Positions 49,001 to 57,729 are shown, numbered from the stretch's first letter. The stretch: 64,000 nucleotides of DNA from IMGVR_UViG_3300032053_000002:186001-250000, one strand, 5' to 3'. Notes: a model not told the origin generated them from the letters alone. A program made the numbers and translations.

Positions 49001-49687
49001 ATTATACGTTTCAACCGAATCTTCTTGATAATTTCCAATTTTTTCCGATTCCGACGCAAACCCTTTTATTCTTTCCGTCAATTCATTTATGCGATTTTTA
49101 TCATCAATATTAGCGTTGTCTTTGAGAGCCGTTTCTTTTTTTATGTTTTTTATTGCATCGTTTGTTATTTCATTATATTTTTCAGATATTTTTTCTTTAT
49201 TTTTTATTTCGTTCTTATAGTGGTCATTTTCGGCTTTTGAAACTTTGCTTATATTTTCTATTTGGCTTAAAGATGTCTCGGATATTTCTTTCACTTTATC
49301 TCTAATACTAGTTAGGTAATCAATTCTATCTCGATGTTTCTTTGCAACATCTTCTTCTAAATCCTGGGTTTTTTCAAGATTATTATATATTTCTTTATAT
49401 TTTGAAATTTGGTCGTTTAATGACTCTATCGCCCGAGGTAAAAGCTTAATAGTACTGACCATGCTTTTTAAAATTCCCTTTTCATTAAAGAATTGGGATT
49501 TTTTAAAATCCAATACTTTTTTAACTTTTTTTATAATTCTATCCGTAAGATCTATATCGGCTTCAAGATAGTTGTTAGTTTTTTTACGTTCATCGGTTAA
49601 TTTTTTAGTCAGCTTAACAACTCTATTAAGAGCCTTTTCGTGAGCGTCTAGTAATTTCTTTTGTTTTTCTAAATCTTCCATTGCCAT
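46091..49687 (-). CDS. Tape measure protein
   Basis: 1198 aa, coiled-coil N-half, Ala/Gly-rich hydrophobic repeats; FESSIEAQMNA..NLDRAR. Confidence 0.85.
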   Translation of the reverse strand: MAMEDLEKQKKLLDAHEKALNRVVKLTKKLTDERKKTNNYLEADIDLTDRIIKKVKKVLDFKKSQFFNEKGILKSMVSTIKLLPRAIESLNDQISKYKEIYNNLEKTQDLEEDVAKKHRDRIDYLTSIRDKVKEISETSLSQIENISKVSKAENDHYKNEIKNKEKISEKYNEITNDAIKNIKKETALKDNANIDDKNRINELTERIKGFASESEKIGNYQEDSVETYNESAKKLQILTGFAKELLSTVMKVKEEGDLSKNYEKEIKNLGILIHALDNIGDRRDSMLDMIKEQGGYEKILTNLSGELLKITEKLSKKSKERIKLSGELVKTKKEQQKIDERSKGSREKIKKVEEDIVKKLEKKIRDEESYKDLFETIGDLHIDMIKTYREEGVITEQFKKMSSEILDDSVSILDKVKAKVLSEEKAGELFNENIKQLQKVKTIQDAYLEGYKEQANKIDELRNKIERVKGAVMGFIFNPLTAALAIATWIGKIFVDWVQAGEDFRKATAITGAQFTVLNDQATAVASTLGRFGITQKEALEQTQALVGEFGSLDMINTKLIEDATVISVALGMSADESAKLVASFMNMTAGSSETAINMIKITKKFAEASGVAPGVVMRDIAESSEEAAKYSKGMGQNIVMAAVAARKLGVNLATVTGIADKLLDFESSIEAQMNAMVLTGRNVNLDRARALALEGDLMGLQKEIVNVIGSEAEFQRMNVIQRKAMADAIGVSVSELGKMISRSKELDKVATHAMSAFEVEGLSLSEALDVEGVLSPLTQLKNSLANIGTVVLKTILPLLNLVMTTLSKVASGIGWVMGGIDKLTGSWDKATTVSKEAGISITGIGKALLYAAAAAGALWGIFKTFSLAKTGLGSLLGGKGAAGKVGGKRGILGSIFGDMKPTQMLAAGASLIMIAGAVFILAKAMQEFATVGVGDMAKAGASLVGLVVAVEVLSKIAGKAIIGAVAIGLMAGSMLLLGIAMQKFTDVGWGDLAKAAVVLVGLTAAVFALGALITSGVGAVLFGAGIVAMFALAGAFTALGFSTQILSTGLNAIIDPLSKLGEIATSLMTASVAILSLSSALVAFSAANAVAGVGGFITGLLPGGGLIEQLEKLASLAPGLQETANAVKIIATGGVGGVVGGVVAPAAEAVGTVASTEIDMGEVVDRLDNIASRLENGVELKLNGARIGEFLAKTARK

Positions 49688-49692
49688 TGGAT

Positions 49693-49983
49693 TTATTCTT
49701 CCTTAGATTTTCCTAACGATTTTACATATTCAATATCATCATATTTCGCTAATCTTTGCGGTCTCTGTGCATCCCATTTTTTTGCGTAATTTTTTCCATA
49801 TCTATCTTCCAGATACTTCAATAAATCTTTATAATTTTGATCTATTTTCGACACGATGGCTTTTAATTCCGGATCTTTTTGTATTTTACTTTTAACTCGT
49901 TCCAATTCTTGCCGTTTCATCGAGTCAATGATGCGGTCAATAAATCTAGTAATGATCCCCTCGTTCAGTTGTTTTTTAGGCAT
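49693..49983 (-). CDS. Hypothetical virion-module protein
   Basis: Starts MPKKQLNEG (LxE motif); follows TATTTATA. Confidence 0.55.
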   Translation of the reverse strand: MPKKQLNEGIITRFIDRIIDSMKRQELERVKSKIQKDPELKAIVSKIDQNYKDLLKYLEDRYGKNYAKKWDAQRPQRLAKYDDIEYVKSLGKSKEE

Positions 49984-50037
49984 CGGTATTCTCCCATTTA
50001 GAATATATAATTTACTAAATATAAATAGTTATATATC

Positions 50038-50292
50038 TTATTTTTTTGTTTTAGAAGATGGTTTTATGTTTTTATATCTGGATGGGGATGGAGGCGGCGA
50101 ACTTTTTTTAGTGGATTGTTGTTCTATCTGTTGTTTTTCTTTTTGCTTGGCTTCAGTTAATTTTCGCAGAAAAAATCGTCTTTTATGAACAGGCATAAAA
50201 TACACTTCGGAAAAACCAAATGCGCCCTCGGAATAATAGCACAGGTCAAAGATTTCTTCGTGGAAGGCGACGTTATAACCTTCCGGATGGCC
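50038..50292 (-). CDS. Tail chaperone frameshift extension (84 aa, +1 frame, no canonical start until codon ~30)
   Basis: GHPEGYNVAFHEEIFDLCYYSEGAFGFSEVYFMPVHKRRFFLRKL...; begins right after the T7 run at 50293-50299. Confidence 0.65.
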   Translation of the reverse strand, partial: GHPEGYNVAFHEEIFDLCYYSEGAFGFSEVYFMPVHKRRFFLRKLTEAKQKEKQQIEQQSTKKSSPPPSPSRYKNIKPSSKTKK

Positions 50293-51097
50293 AAAAAAAG
50301 GAGAGTTCCATTGGTATAGTCATTGTTTGCTGATGCATACAGGAATTACATTCGAAATTAAAATCACTACTAATATCCGGGGAAACTCTGGCGATTTCAG
50401 ATCGTAACGCTAATGAGTCTCTACTGAGCATAGTATTGACTAAATTGGTTATAACGGCTTTTTCTTTATTCCCATCGACTTCCGTAATTGAATGTTTTAG
50501 ACGAGTAGTGATTTCAAAGTCGGATTCGGATCTCAACTTTTTTAATCCTTGTAAATCTTTTTCTATTTCTTTATCTTCGATGTGAGTTAGCAGTTTAAAT
50601 TTTACTTGTTTTTTAGACGTTGGTAACTGAAAATCAAATTCTTGTTGACCTTTGACATATGTATTAAAATCGATTTCTTTCGCCTCTAATGACGTTAGAT
50701 CAATCTTAACATCTTTATTAACCGCATTACATTTAGGGCAAGTAACTTCCACAGTATAATCTGACCCATATGCGAGTATTCTTGCGGAAAACATGATACC
50801 GTTCTTATCGCCTAATAATAAAGAATTATAATCAAGTTTGGTTACGATAATAGATTCGAAAAATTTATCCAATACGACACCTTTCTGAATTAAATTCTTT
50901 GATGTCAGAATATCTTCTTCCCGAGCAGTAGGATATTTTAATTCTATTCGCCCGTCCGATTCAAATAGTGGATGCCCCGAAGGATAGAAAAATCCTTTAG
51001 ATGGGAGAGTGACTATTTCAGTCGGATAATCTATTTTGGTTTTCAGAGTTTCCTGATACTCTTTTAATGCTTTTTCTCTTAATTCTTTGTCATTCAT
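50273..51097 (-). CDS. Tail assembly chaperone / baseplate hub assembly protein (gp26-like)
   Basis: LPSKGFFY, PTAREEDILTS, CPKC..C..C, ends FFWP; lies between tube and tape measure. Confidence 0.72.
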   Translation of the reverse strand: MNDKELREKALKEYQETLKTKIDYPTEIVTLPSKGFFYPSGHPLFESDGRIELKYPTAREEDILTSKNLIQKGVVLDKFFESIIVTKLDYNSLLLGDKNGIMFSARILAYGSDYTVEVTCPKCNAVNKDVKIDLTSLEAKEIDFNTYVKGQQEFDFQLPTSKKQVKFKLLTHIEDKEIEKDLQGLKKLRSESDFEITTRLKHSITEVDGNKEKAVITNLVNTMLSRDSLALRSEIARVSPDISSDFNFECNSCMHQQTMTIPMELSFFWPSGRL

Positions 51098-51209
51098 AAA
51101 CTACTCCTTTTGAATTGATAATAACTATTAAACTATAATAAAATCAAATTGTTCCCAAGTATATATATAAATATAACAAAAATGAATTTTTAGTTTCGCC
51201 AGAAAAAAT

Positions 51210-51240
51210 AAAGACCGCTCCACCTGGGTGTGCGGTCTTT
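51210..51240 (-). terminator. Intrinsic terminator after the tail tube gene
   Basis: AAAGACCGC...GCGGTCTTT with T-tract on the minus strand. Confidence 0.72.
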
Positions 51241-51274
51241 TATATTGAAAACGTTTAAATTTAACACGGCAATT

Positions 51275-51769
51275 TTAGAATTCGAGTATCGCCCAATCGT
51301 AATTCAGTGTGACGTTGATTTCTATCGGCGAATCACTGGTGTAATCATAACCACCAAAATCTACGGTTTCCAAAAAGGCACCATATAATTTCCATTTTTC
51401 TACCAAGTCGCCAACCGGCCCTAATCCATATAAATCCAAATCTTTTTTATAAAAGTCTTGGTATCCATCGCGACCAGTTAAACTTTCATGATGCAATCTA
51501 AGCCATTCCATTATAGCTTGTGCGGCGGATGGGACTACCGGATCAATCAAAGTAATACTGATCGAATTCCAGGTCCATTTTCCAGCGAATTTTCTCTGCA
51601 TGTTAATATAATCAATCGGAATTACATTGGTTTGAGGTTGCGGTCTTTGAGCCGTTTTAATTACCCATGACGGAATTCCATCGATATACATAATAAACCT
51701 GTGCATCTGCTTTGGCTGGAAACGGTCTATCATCAATTCGTTTGCTTCTACCATGCGTTCTGTAGGCAT
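51275..51769 (-). CDS. gp19: Tail tube protein (gp19-like)
   Basis: FQPKQMHRF, W..ITL.DPV, WKLYGAF, YDWAILEF. Confidence 0.88.
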   Translation of the reverse strand: MPTERMVEANELMIDRFQPKQMHRFIMYIDGIPSWVIKTAQRPQPQTNVIPIDYINMQRKFAGKWTWNSISITLIDPVVPSAAQAIMEWLRLHHESLTGRDGYQDFYKKDLDLYGLGPVGDLVEKWKLYGAFLETVDFGGYDYTSDSPIEINVTLNYDWAILEF

Positions 51770-51779
51770 TTTATTTCTC

Positions 51780-52661
51780 CTAAATTTTTATTCTTATAAA
51801 ATTACATCCAAGAAATTTTTTTATTTCTTCTTGTCTATAAATATCTTTTTCTCTCAATTTTCCATCAATATAATGATGTTTTTCATCAATTTCTATTACT
51901 ATATTCTTTTCTTTACTATATCCGTCTACCCAATATCCTAACTCTTTAATACAGTATTCGCCACCATTCTCGGCGTGTTGAAGATCCGTAATCCCAAGCT
52001 CTTTTGCTTTTTGCTCAAGTATTGGAATGGCGGTTGGATTATATCCAGGAATTATTTGAGAGCCATTAAATTTATTTTTTTCAATCCTTTTTATAGCAAT
52101 TAATCTTAACTTTTCAATATTCTCCCTCGTTAATTTTTTCCCAGTGTTTGCCCGGCCAATTTTTATTTTAGTTTCAATACTTCTCGGTTTCCTCCAACAA
52201 GGATTTTTTTCCCCAATTTTTGTCATACTTAATTTTTTTCGATGCTCTTCTGATAATTTTTTCCCAAAGAACGGGTGATTTTCCATCTGTTTAGATATAC
52301 TCATTCTTTTTCTTGATTCTGGGTTTTTCGCCGGATTTTCATTCCCATACATTCTCTTGCTCAATATCATTCTACAATTCTCCGAAACTTTATGCCCCCG
52401 AAGAGATTCACCAATCTTTCGTTTAACTTCTTCGGTACGATGTTTTCCAAACATTCCATTTTTTTCTCCACGCTGAGCATCACTCATTCTTTTTCTCGTT
52501 TCATTTGAACGTTTTACGCCCCACCCAGGATTTTTCTTTCCGAGTTTAGCACAAACTCCGCACAATGAATTAGCTTTATTCGCGCGATTTAATGAGCTCT
52601 TTTGAGAATATTTTAATTCTGTTTTACATCCTGAGCATTCTCTTATAAATTGTCTATCCAT
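51780..52661 (-). mobile_element. NUMOD3-repeat EDxHD/Vsr-like homing endonuclease
   Basis: GEKNGMFGKHRTEE repeats; YWVDGY..VIEIDEKHH..RQ. Confidence 0.8.
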
Positions 52662-52666
52662 ATTTT

Positions 52667-52948
52667 TTACTTATTTAAAATTTTTTCTATTAACTCGGCT
52701 TTAGTCCCGACCGCAGCAACACCAACTGATTTGGCGTATGTTTTTAATTGAGCGTATGTAAGCGCATCAAGATCTTCCGCGGTGTTCTTTGGTTCTACCA
52801 TTATGTCGGAAACTACTCCTTCTTCGGCTACCAACTCGTTCGTAAAATTCATCGGCGACATATCTTCACCTGCAAAAGTTTTTTTGTTGGCATTTTGAGC
52901 ACGAAATTCTTTTATCATATTGCGTTTTTTATGTATTGCACTACCCAT
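52667..52948 (-). CDS. Small protein with a C-terminal HeH/SAP-like domain
   Basis: LTYAQLKTYAKSVGV..GTKAELIEKIL. Confidence 0.6.
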   Translation of the reverse strand: MGSAIHKKRNMIKEFRAQNANKKTFAGEDMSPMNFTNELVAEEGVVSDIMVEPKNTAEDLDALTYAQLKTYAKSVGVAAVGTKAELIEKILNK

Positions 52949-53000
52949 AATACAATCTCCCAGTTATTATAAATATAAATATAAAGATTTTTAAAAAGTG

Positions 53001-53852
53001 TTATAAATATTTCTTCAGAAAGGTTATAAGTTTAGGAAGTTGTTCTTTTTTTATAAAAATTATTTCCCAGCGAGTTACTCCGTCCTGTTTCAGTACTATA
53101 TCGTTTTCATTATCAACATACGCAATAATTGGCATCCCTTCCCCGACTTCTTTTGGATTGATGGTCTGCAAATCTTTTTTTTCTTTAATCAAATTTTTTA
53201 ATTTCATTATGTTATCTCCCAGCCCTTTTTTCATTCTGAATCTTGTCGCCGCGGGAATCTCGCCAGGTAAGGCTCCAGGAACCCTATGTCGCGACCCCAT
53301 TCCCGGCGGAACTTTTACGTTACGTTTCAACATCGGCGACACCATGTGTTGAGCCCCCTTTTCAGAATCAGATCTTTCTTCACTTCCAACATAATCTTTT
53401 AGTGGAATGAACTGAATTTTATTTTTTCCGGCAGAAGAATCCCATTTATCGTTATTCCTTTTACTGTTGGGATTTATCATTTTTTCATGTTTACTTATAA
53501 TAACTTCTATACGATATTTCGGGTCGTTAGAAATTTTTATATTTTTGCCAAGTTTTATATTTATTTCGGATTCCAGATCAGCGGCAACTTTTTTTATCAT
53601 ATTCTTTGGCGGATATTGCCAGAAAGAAATTATTTTCTTATTTGTCCATACTCTCCCAGGATATTTAAAATTTTCTCGATCTGCATGGGAGTGCATATCA
53701 TCATAGTATTGACGAATATTATTATGTGTCCCACTACTAACTCTCATTTTGTTTTTATAGTATCCAAAGCAAATTGCGCTATTGTCCCCCCAACTCAATC
53801 CCTTTTTGTCGATAAAATCCGGACTTTCTAATATTTTTTTTAATTTAATCAT
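53001..53852 (-). CDS. Probable head-internal protein with a nested in-frame start at 53207
   Basis: N-terminal MIKLKKILE and internal MKLKNLIKE with its own GGAG. Confidence 0.55.
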   Translation of the reverse strand: MIKLKKILESPDFIDKKGLSWGDNSAICFGYYKNKMRVSSGTHNNIRQYYDDMHSHADRENFKYPGRVWTNKKIISFWQYPPKNMIKKVAADLESEINIKLGKNIKISNDPKYRIEVIISKHEKMINPNSKRNNDKWDSSAGKNKIQFIPLKDYVGSEERSDSEKGAQHMVSPMLKRNVKVPPGMGSRHRVPGALPGEIPAATRFRMKKGLGDNIMKLKNLIKEKKDLQTINPKEVGEGMPIIAYVDNENDIVLKQDGVTRWEIIFIKKEQLPKLITFLKKYL

Positions 53853-53876
53853 TTTTTATTTTCTCACCTATCTCCT

Positions 53877-53939
53877 TATAAATATAAAGATTATTTGTTT
53901 TTTTAGAACCGAGTGTTTTTTTATTTTTTTATATTTATA
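53877..53939. promoter_or_regulatory. Divergent pair of TATTTATA motifs
   Basis: 53877-53884 on the minus strand and 53932-53939 on the plus strand, each upstream of its gene. Confidence 0.65.
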
Positions 53940-53970
53940 CACTACGTTTAAAATAAAAGAGGGAATAAAA

Positions 53971-55068
53971 ATGGAAAGATGGCAAAAAATTCTGCAAAAA
54001 AGTTTAACGAAACCCGAACAAATTGCTAAAAAATTTAATTTACCGTTATCGGAAATTCAACAAGTAAATAAATCATTTAAGACTCGTATCACTCCGCATT
54101 TCGCCGCATTGATAAAAGAAAACGGCGACGCACTGTATCGTCAAGTTATACCTGATAAAAACGAATTATTAGAAGGAGATTCTGACGAAGACCCGTTAGG
54201 AGAAGACGGAGATTCTCCCGTCCACAACATCGTTCATCGCTATCCAGATAGAGTATTATTTTTAATCAGCCATGTATGCGCATCTTATTGCCGTTTCTGC
54301 ACGCGCAAAAGAAAAGTAGGCGACGCATCAAAAATCAGTTGGAAATATGTTGATGAAGGGATCGAATATATCTCCAATCATTCGGAGATTCGCGACGTTA
54401 TTTTATCTGGTGGAGATCCATTACTTTTATCTGATGACAAAATAGAATATGTTTTACGAAAACTTCGGGATATTCCGCACATTGACATCATCCGCATTCA
54501 CACGCGCGTTCTCGCGTTTTTACCGCAGCGCATCACGGCGAAACTATTAAAAATGCTAAAGAAGTATCATCCACTGTTTATGAACGTGCATTTTAATCAT
54601 CCAGACGAATTGCATCCGATGGCAGTTAAAGCATTAAATAGATTGTCAGATTCAGGAATACCGTTGGGGAGTCAAACCGTTTTGCTCAAAGGAGTTAATG
54701 ATGATCCGATTATCATGAAAAAATTGATGCAAAAGTTATTAAAAGCCAGAGTAAAACCGTATTACATTTATCAGGCCGATAGAGTGTTTGGAACGGATCA
54801 CTTTCGTACTAGTGTTGAACGTGGTTTAGAAATTATGGAAAATTTAAGGGGGTGGACGTCGGGATTGGCGAATCCTTATTACGTAATAGACGCGCCAGGT
54901 GGTGGTGGCAAGATACCACTTTTACCTAACTACGTTATTCGCCTCACCGATGATGAAGTCGTGTTGAGAAACTATAAAGGGAAAATGTTTAGATATAAAC
55001 AATCTGATAACGAACAAATAAAAGTGGAAGAATTGATAGGCGAAAATTTAGACTTATCGTTGGTTTAA
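53971..55068 (+). CDS. kamA: Lysine 2,3-aminomutase (KamA family radical SAM, PLP)
   Basis: HRYPDR, CASYCRFC, ILSGGDPL, YQADR, DAPGGGGKIP; start MERWQ after GAGGG. Confidence 0.92.
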   Translation: MERWQKILQKSLTKPEQIAKKFNLPLSEIQQVNKSFKTRITPHFAALIKENGDALYRQVIPDKNELLEGDSDEDPLGEDGDSPVHNIVHRYPDRVLFLISHVCASYCRFCTRKRKVGDASKISWKYVDEGIEYISNHSEIRDVILSGGDPLLLSDDKIEYVLRKLRDIPHIDIIRIHTRVLAFLPQRITAKLLKMLKKYHPLFMNVHFNHPDELHPMAVKALNRLSDSGIPLGSQTVLLKGVNDDPIIMKKLMQKLLKARVKPYYIYQADRVFGTDHFRTSVERGLEIMENLRGWTSGLANPYYVIDAPGGGGKIPLLPNYVIRLTDDEVVLRNYKGKMFRYKQSDNEQIKVEELIGENLDLSLV

Positions 55069-55376
55069 CGATCTACATTTTTTGGAATATCGTCGCCTAT
55101 TAAAAACCGGTATGTAAAATTGGAATTTATTACGTCATAAAACAAAAGTCTGGCCATTGTCCATTCCGAGTTATCATACATACGCATTTCACCGGTAGAT
55201 GTAATACTTTTTTTAATCCCGTGTTTTTTCATAACAGAATAAAACTTTTTTCGTAATGTCGCCAGAGAATCATCGTCCTTGATATTCATTTTAATAATAT
55301 CTTTGGCGACATTTTTCATAAAGTCGTGTTTTTGCGTAGATAAACTATTCCAGGCCGCAAGTTTTGGCGTTTTCAT
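55065..55376 (-). CDS. Hypothetical protein
   Basis: Convergent TTAA stop overlap with kamA. Confidence 0.5.
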   Translation of the reverse strand: MKTPKLAAWNSLSTQKHDFMKNVAKDIIKMNIKDDDSLATLRKKFYSVMKKHGIKKSITSTGEMRMYDNSEWTMARLLFYDVINSNFTYRFLIGDDIPKNVDR

Positions 55377-55377
55377 T

Positions 55378-55566
55378 TTATTTTCCTACATTTTTTAGTG
55401 GGCAACTTTTTTGAAAATCTCCCTTTCCAATAAAAAGAATCGGTATTCTGGCATCAACAGGTTCAAACATTAACCTTGTCCCATAGTCTTTAGATCCAAT
55501 ATATCGCATCGAATAAGTTTTTCCGGTTCGTTTATCAGTGAAAGTTATTATTTCTCCAATTTTCAT
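55378..55566 (-). CDS. Small hypothetical protein
   Basis: AAGGA SD; packed operon. Confidence 0.5.
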   Translation of the reverse strand: MKIGEIITFTDKRTGKTYSMRYIGSKDYGTRLMFEPVDARIPILFIGKGDFQKSCPLKNVGK

Positions 55567-55567
55567 T

Positions 55568-55828
55568 TTATTCCTTTTCTATTTTTTCATATGGAAATTG
55601 CGTTTCCAAATCGTCATAAATAACCAATTGACCACACAACAAACATCGGTCTTTTCTCTGTAAATGAAATGTGACAGCGTTTCGGCTAACCGGTAAAATC
55701 CCGTCTTTACACGCCGGACAAATAGATTTATACAAGGAACTTTCATCGAGTCGTTCAAGTTCAGCATGATTTACGTGAATGGCTTCTTTATATATGTTTT
55801 TTGGAAATCCCGATTTCACCCTTTTCAT
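55568..55828 (-). CDS. Small zinc-ribbon protein
   Basis: CPAC and CLLCG. Confidence 0.55.
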   Translation of the reverse strand: MKRVKSGFPKNIYKEAIHVNHAELERLDESSLYKSICPACKDGILPVSRNAVTFHLQRKDRCLLCGQLVIYDDLETQFPYEKIEKE

Positions 55829-56013
55829 TTTTTCGATTCCTTTATATTTATTTTTGATTCATTCGCCCACGCCAAGAGTATATATCCGGCGTCACGAAAT
55901 ATTTTTTTGGCTTCGAATTCACCGACTTTTAGTGCGTCCGACAGGGAATGAGCCGTATAATTAAAGGAAATTTTGCGACCCATGTAGGACGCTGTGATTT
56001 TGTAATCTACCAT
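55825..56013 (-). CDS. Small early hypothetical protein
   Basis: First gene after a sigma70 promoter. Confidence 0.55.
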   Translation of the reverse strand: MVDYKITASYMGRKISFNYTAHSLSDALKVGEFEAKKIFRDAGYILLAWANESKINIKESKK

Positions 56014-56042
56014 TTTATTTAACCCTCTTTTTTATTTAATAC

Positions 56043-56071
56043 AATATACAAAATTAAACACTAAAAGTCAA
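56043..56071 (-). promoter_or_regulatory. Sigma70-type early promoter TTGACT-N17-TATATT
   Basis: Exact spacing; intergenic. Confidence 0.75.
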
Positions 56072-56108
56072 GTTTAATTTTTATTGCGCTCATTTTTTAA
56101 TTGTTCTC

Positions 56109-56300
56109 CTAATAGTCCCAAGGCATTTCTTGAAATCTTTCTCTGCCCTCTTTAATGGAAATTTCTAACAAGTCATAAATGGCGCCAGCGTCTTCAACCG
56201 ATAAAATCACCATCATTTTTTTATTCACATGAATTTCTTCTGATTTAAGTATGGCGCGTTTAAGTATATCCCTAGCAAGTTTTAAGTTTTCTAAAATCAT
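56109..56300 (-). CDS. Small hypothetical protein
   Basis: GGAG SD. Confidence 0.5.
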   Translation of the reverse strand: MILENLKLARDILKRAILKSEEIHVNKKMMVILSVEDAGAIYDLLEISIKEGRERFQEMPWDY

Positions 56301-56316
56301 CTCTTTATCTCCAAAT

Positions 56317-56610
56317 TTAATAATAATATTTTTTTACTTTATGCCGGTATTTACGTCCAACAATTCCGACAACCAGCATAGCAACAACCGCCAAAAAACA
56401 AAACCCTAAATAATATGGAATATATGTTTCCAAAAAATTACCGACTTTTGGATAATCTTTCGCCAACGCAGACCCCATAAATAATACTCCAATTAAAATA
56501 CTCGTCGCGAATGCTGTTATCACATATAAAATATCATCAAGTTTTTCGATAGTTTTACTTGAATATTCAGTAAAGTATTTCGCTCGTTTATGATTTCTTG
56601 GTTGTCTCAT
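56317..56610 (-). CDS. Two-TM membrane protein
   Basis: Two hydrophobic segments. Confidence 0.6.
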   Translation of the reverse strand: MRQPRNHKRAKYFTEYSSKTIEKLDDILYVITAFATSILIGVLFMGSALAKDYPKVGNFLETYIPYYLGFCFLAVVAMLVVGIVGRKYRHKVKKYYY

Positions 56611-56637
56611 CAGATTATAACCCTTTCTTTATAACAG

Positions 56638-56666
56638 AATATACCAAATTAAAGAGTAACAGTCAA
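56638..56666 (-). promoter_or_regulatory. Sigma70-type early promoter TTGACT-N17-TATATT
   Basis: Exact spacing; intergenic. Confidence 0.75.
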
Positions 56667-56719
56667 GTAAAAAATAATATATTTTTACCACCTTTTAACT
56701 CAATGTGGGGCAAATATAT

Positions 56720-57361
56720 TTATCGTTTTCTCGATACCGATGACCTTCCTGAAGACCGATGGGATTGTGATACACTTTGTTTGCTTGTGTTGCCAGTGGG
56801 TCGCGTATGAACTTTCGGAGTGTTATTTTCAACCCTTTGTCTACTTAATGGTTTGAATTCGGAACGTGAACGGGTAGGCTCCTTTCTCTTAATCGTTCCA
56901 CGAGTATTTTGTTTAGCGACTCTATTTCCATTTAATTCGCGAGTATTGTTATAGATTCGTTCTCTTTTAATAGGTTGTCGCCTAATTTGTTGCGCCGTAT
57001 TGGATATCTGAGTTCGGTGAGTATTCATCGGGCGACGATCATAAAAAGAGTAATGATGGTTAGCAGCTAAATAGTGTGGGCGACTATGATAATAATGGTC
57101 GTGGTAATAATAGTAATCGGGATAATAATATGGATAATAGTAATAATAATCAGGCCAGTAATAATACGAATAATAATATGGATAATAATAGTACGGAGCC
57201 CATCCCCAATAAAGTTCTAAATAAACTCGGGAATAACTTTCCGTGTCAACGCAGGTTACACTATCACTGTATACATCGTTGTCAGTCTGGGCGACAACCC
57301 ACGGTGTGCAAGACGACAAAAGTAAACCTAACATCAATACAAATAATAATTTAATTTTCAT
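56720..57361 (-). CDS. Lipoprotein with a Tyr-rich tract and an Arg/Ser-rich disordered tail
   Basis: LLLSSC lipobox; YYYYP/DYYYY repeats. Confidence 0.7.
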   Translation of the reverse strand: MKIKLLFVLMLGLLLSSCTPWVVAQTDNDVYSDSVTCVDTESYSRVYLELYWGWAPYYYYPYYYSYYYWPDYYYYYPYYYPDYYYYHDHYYHSRPHYLAANHHYSFYDRRPMNTHRTQISNTAQQIRRQPIKRERIYNNTRELNGNRVAKQNTRGTIKRKEPTRSRSEFKPLSRQRVENNTPKVHTRPTGNTSKQSVSQSHRSSGRSSVSRKR

Positions 57362-57429
57362 GGCGACTTTCTCCATCTATTTACTACTATAAATATACTA
57401 CAAATATCATACCAACTTTGAGAAATAAA

Positions 57430-57456
57430 AAAAAGCCGCTTTATGGGCGGCTTTTT
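57430..57456 (-). terminator. Intrinsic terminator after cspA
   Basis: AAAAAGCCGC-N7-GCGGCTTTTT. Confidence 0.8.
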
Positions 57457-57479
57457 CCAATCAACAAAAGATAAACGGC

Positions 57480-57683
57480 TTATACTATTACTTTAACATT
57501 TACAGCCTGTAAACCTTTTGCAGTTTTTTCAACATCAAATTCAACTTTATTTCCTTCACTTAAAGATTTGAAGCCATCGCTTACGATACTTTTAAAATGA
57601 ACAAATACGTCTTCTCCCTCTTCGCGAGAGATGAAGCCAAAGCCCTTACTTGAGTTGAACCACTTTACGGTTCCTTGTTCCAT
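57480..57683 (-). CDS. cspA: Cold-shock protein
   Basis: GTVKWFN, KGFGFI (RNP1), DVFVHF (RNP2). Confidence 0.95.
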   Translation of the reverse strand: MEQGTVKWFNSSKGFGFISREEGEDVFVHFKSIVSDGFKSLSEGNKVEFDVEKTAKGLQAVNVKVIV

Positions 57684-57729
57684 AGTTCTTCCTCGTTTGT
57701 TTATTGTTTCCGTTAATTACTCTATAACT

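Noticed and set aside
53971-55068. Complete EF-P beta-lysylation (efp-epmA-epmB) or ablAB osmolyte operon
   Set aside because: No EF-P, EpmA or AblB gene is adjacent or anywhere in the window
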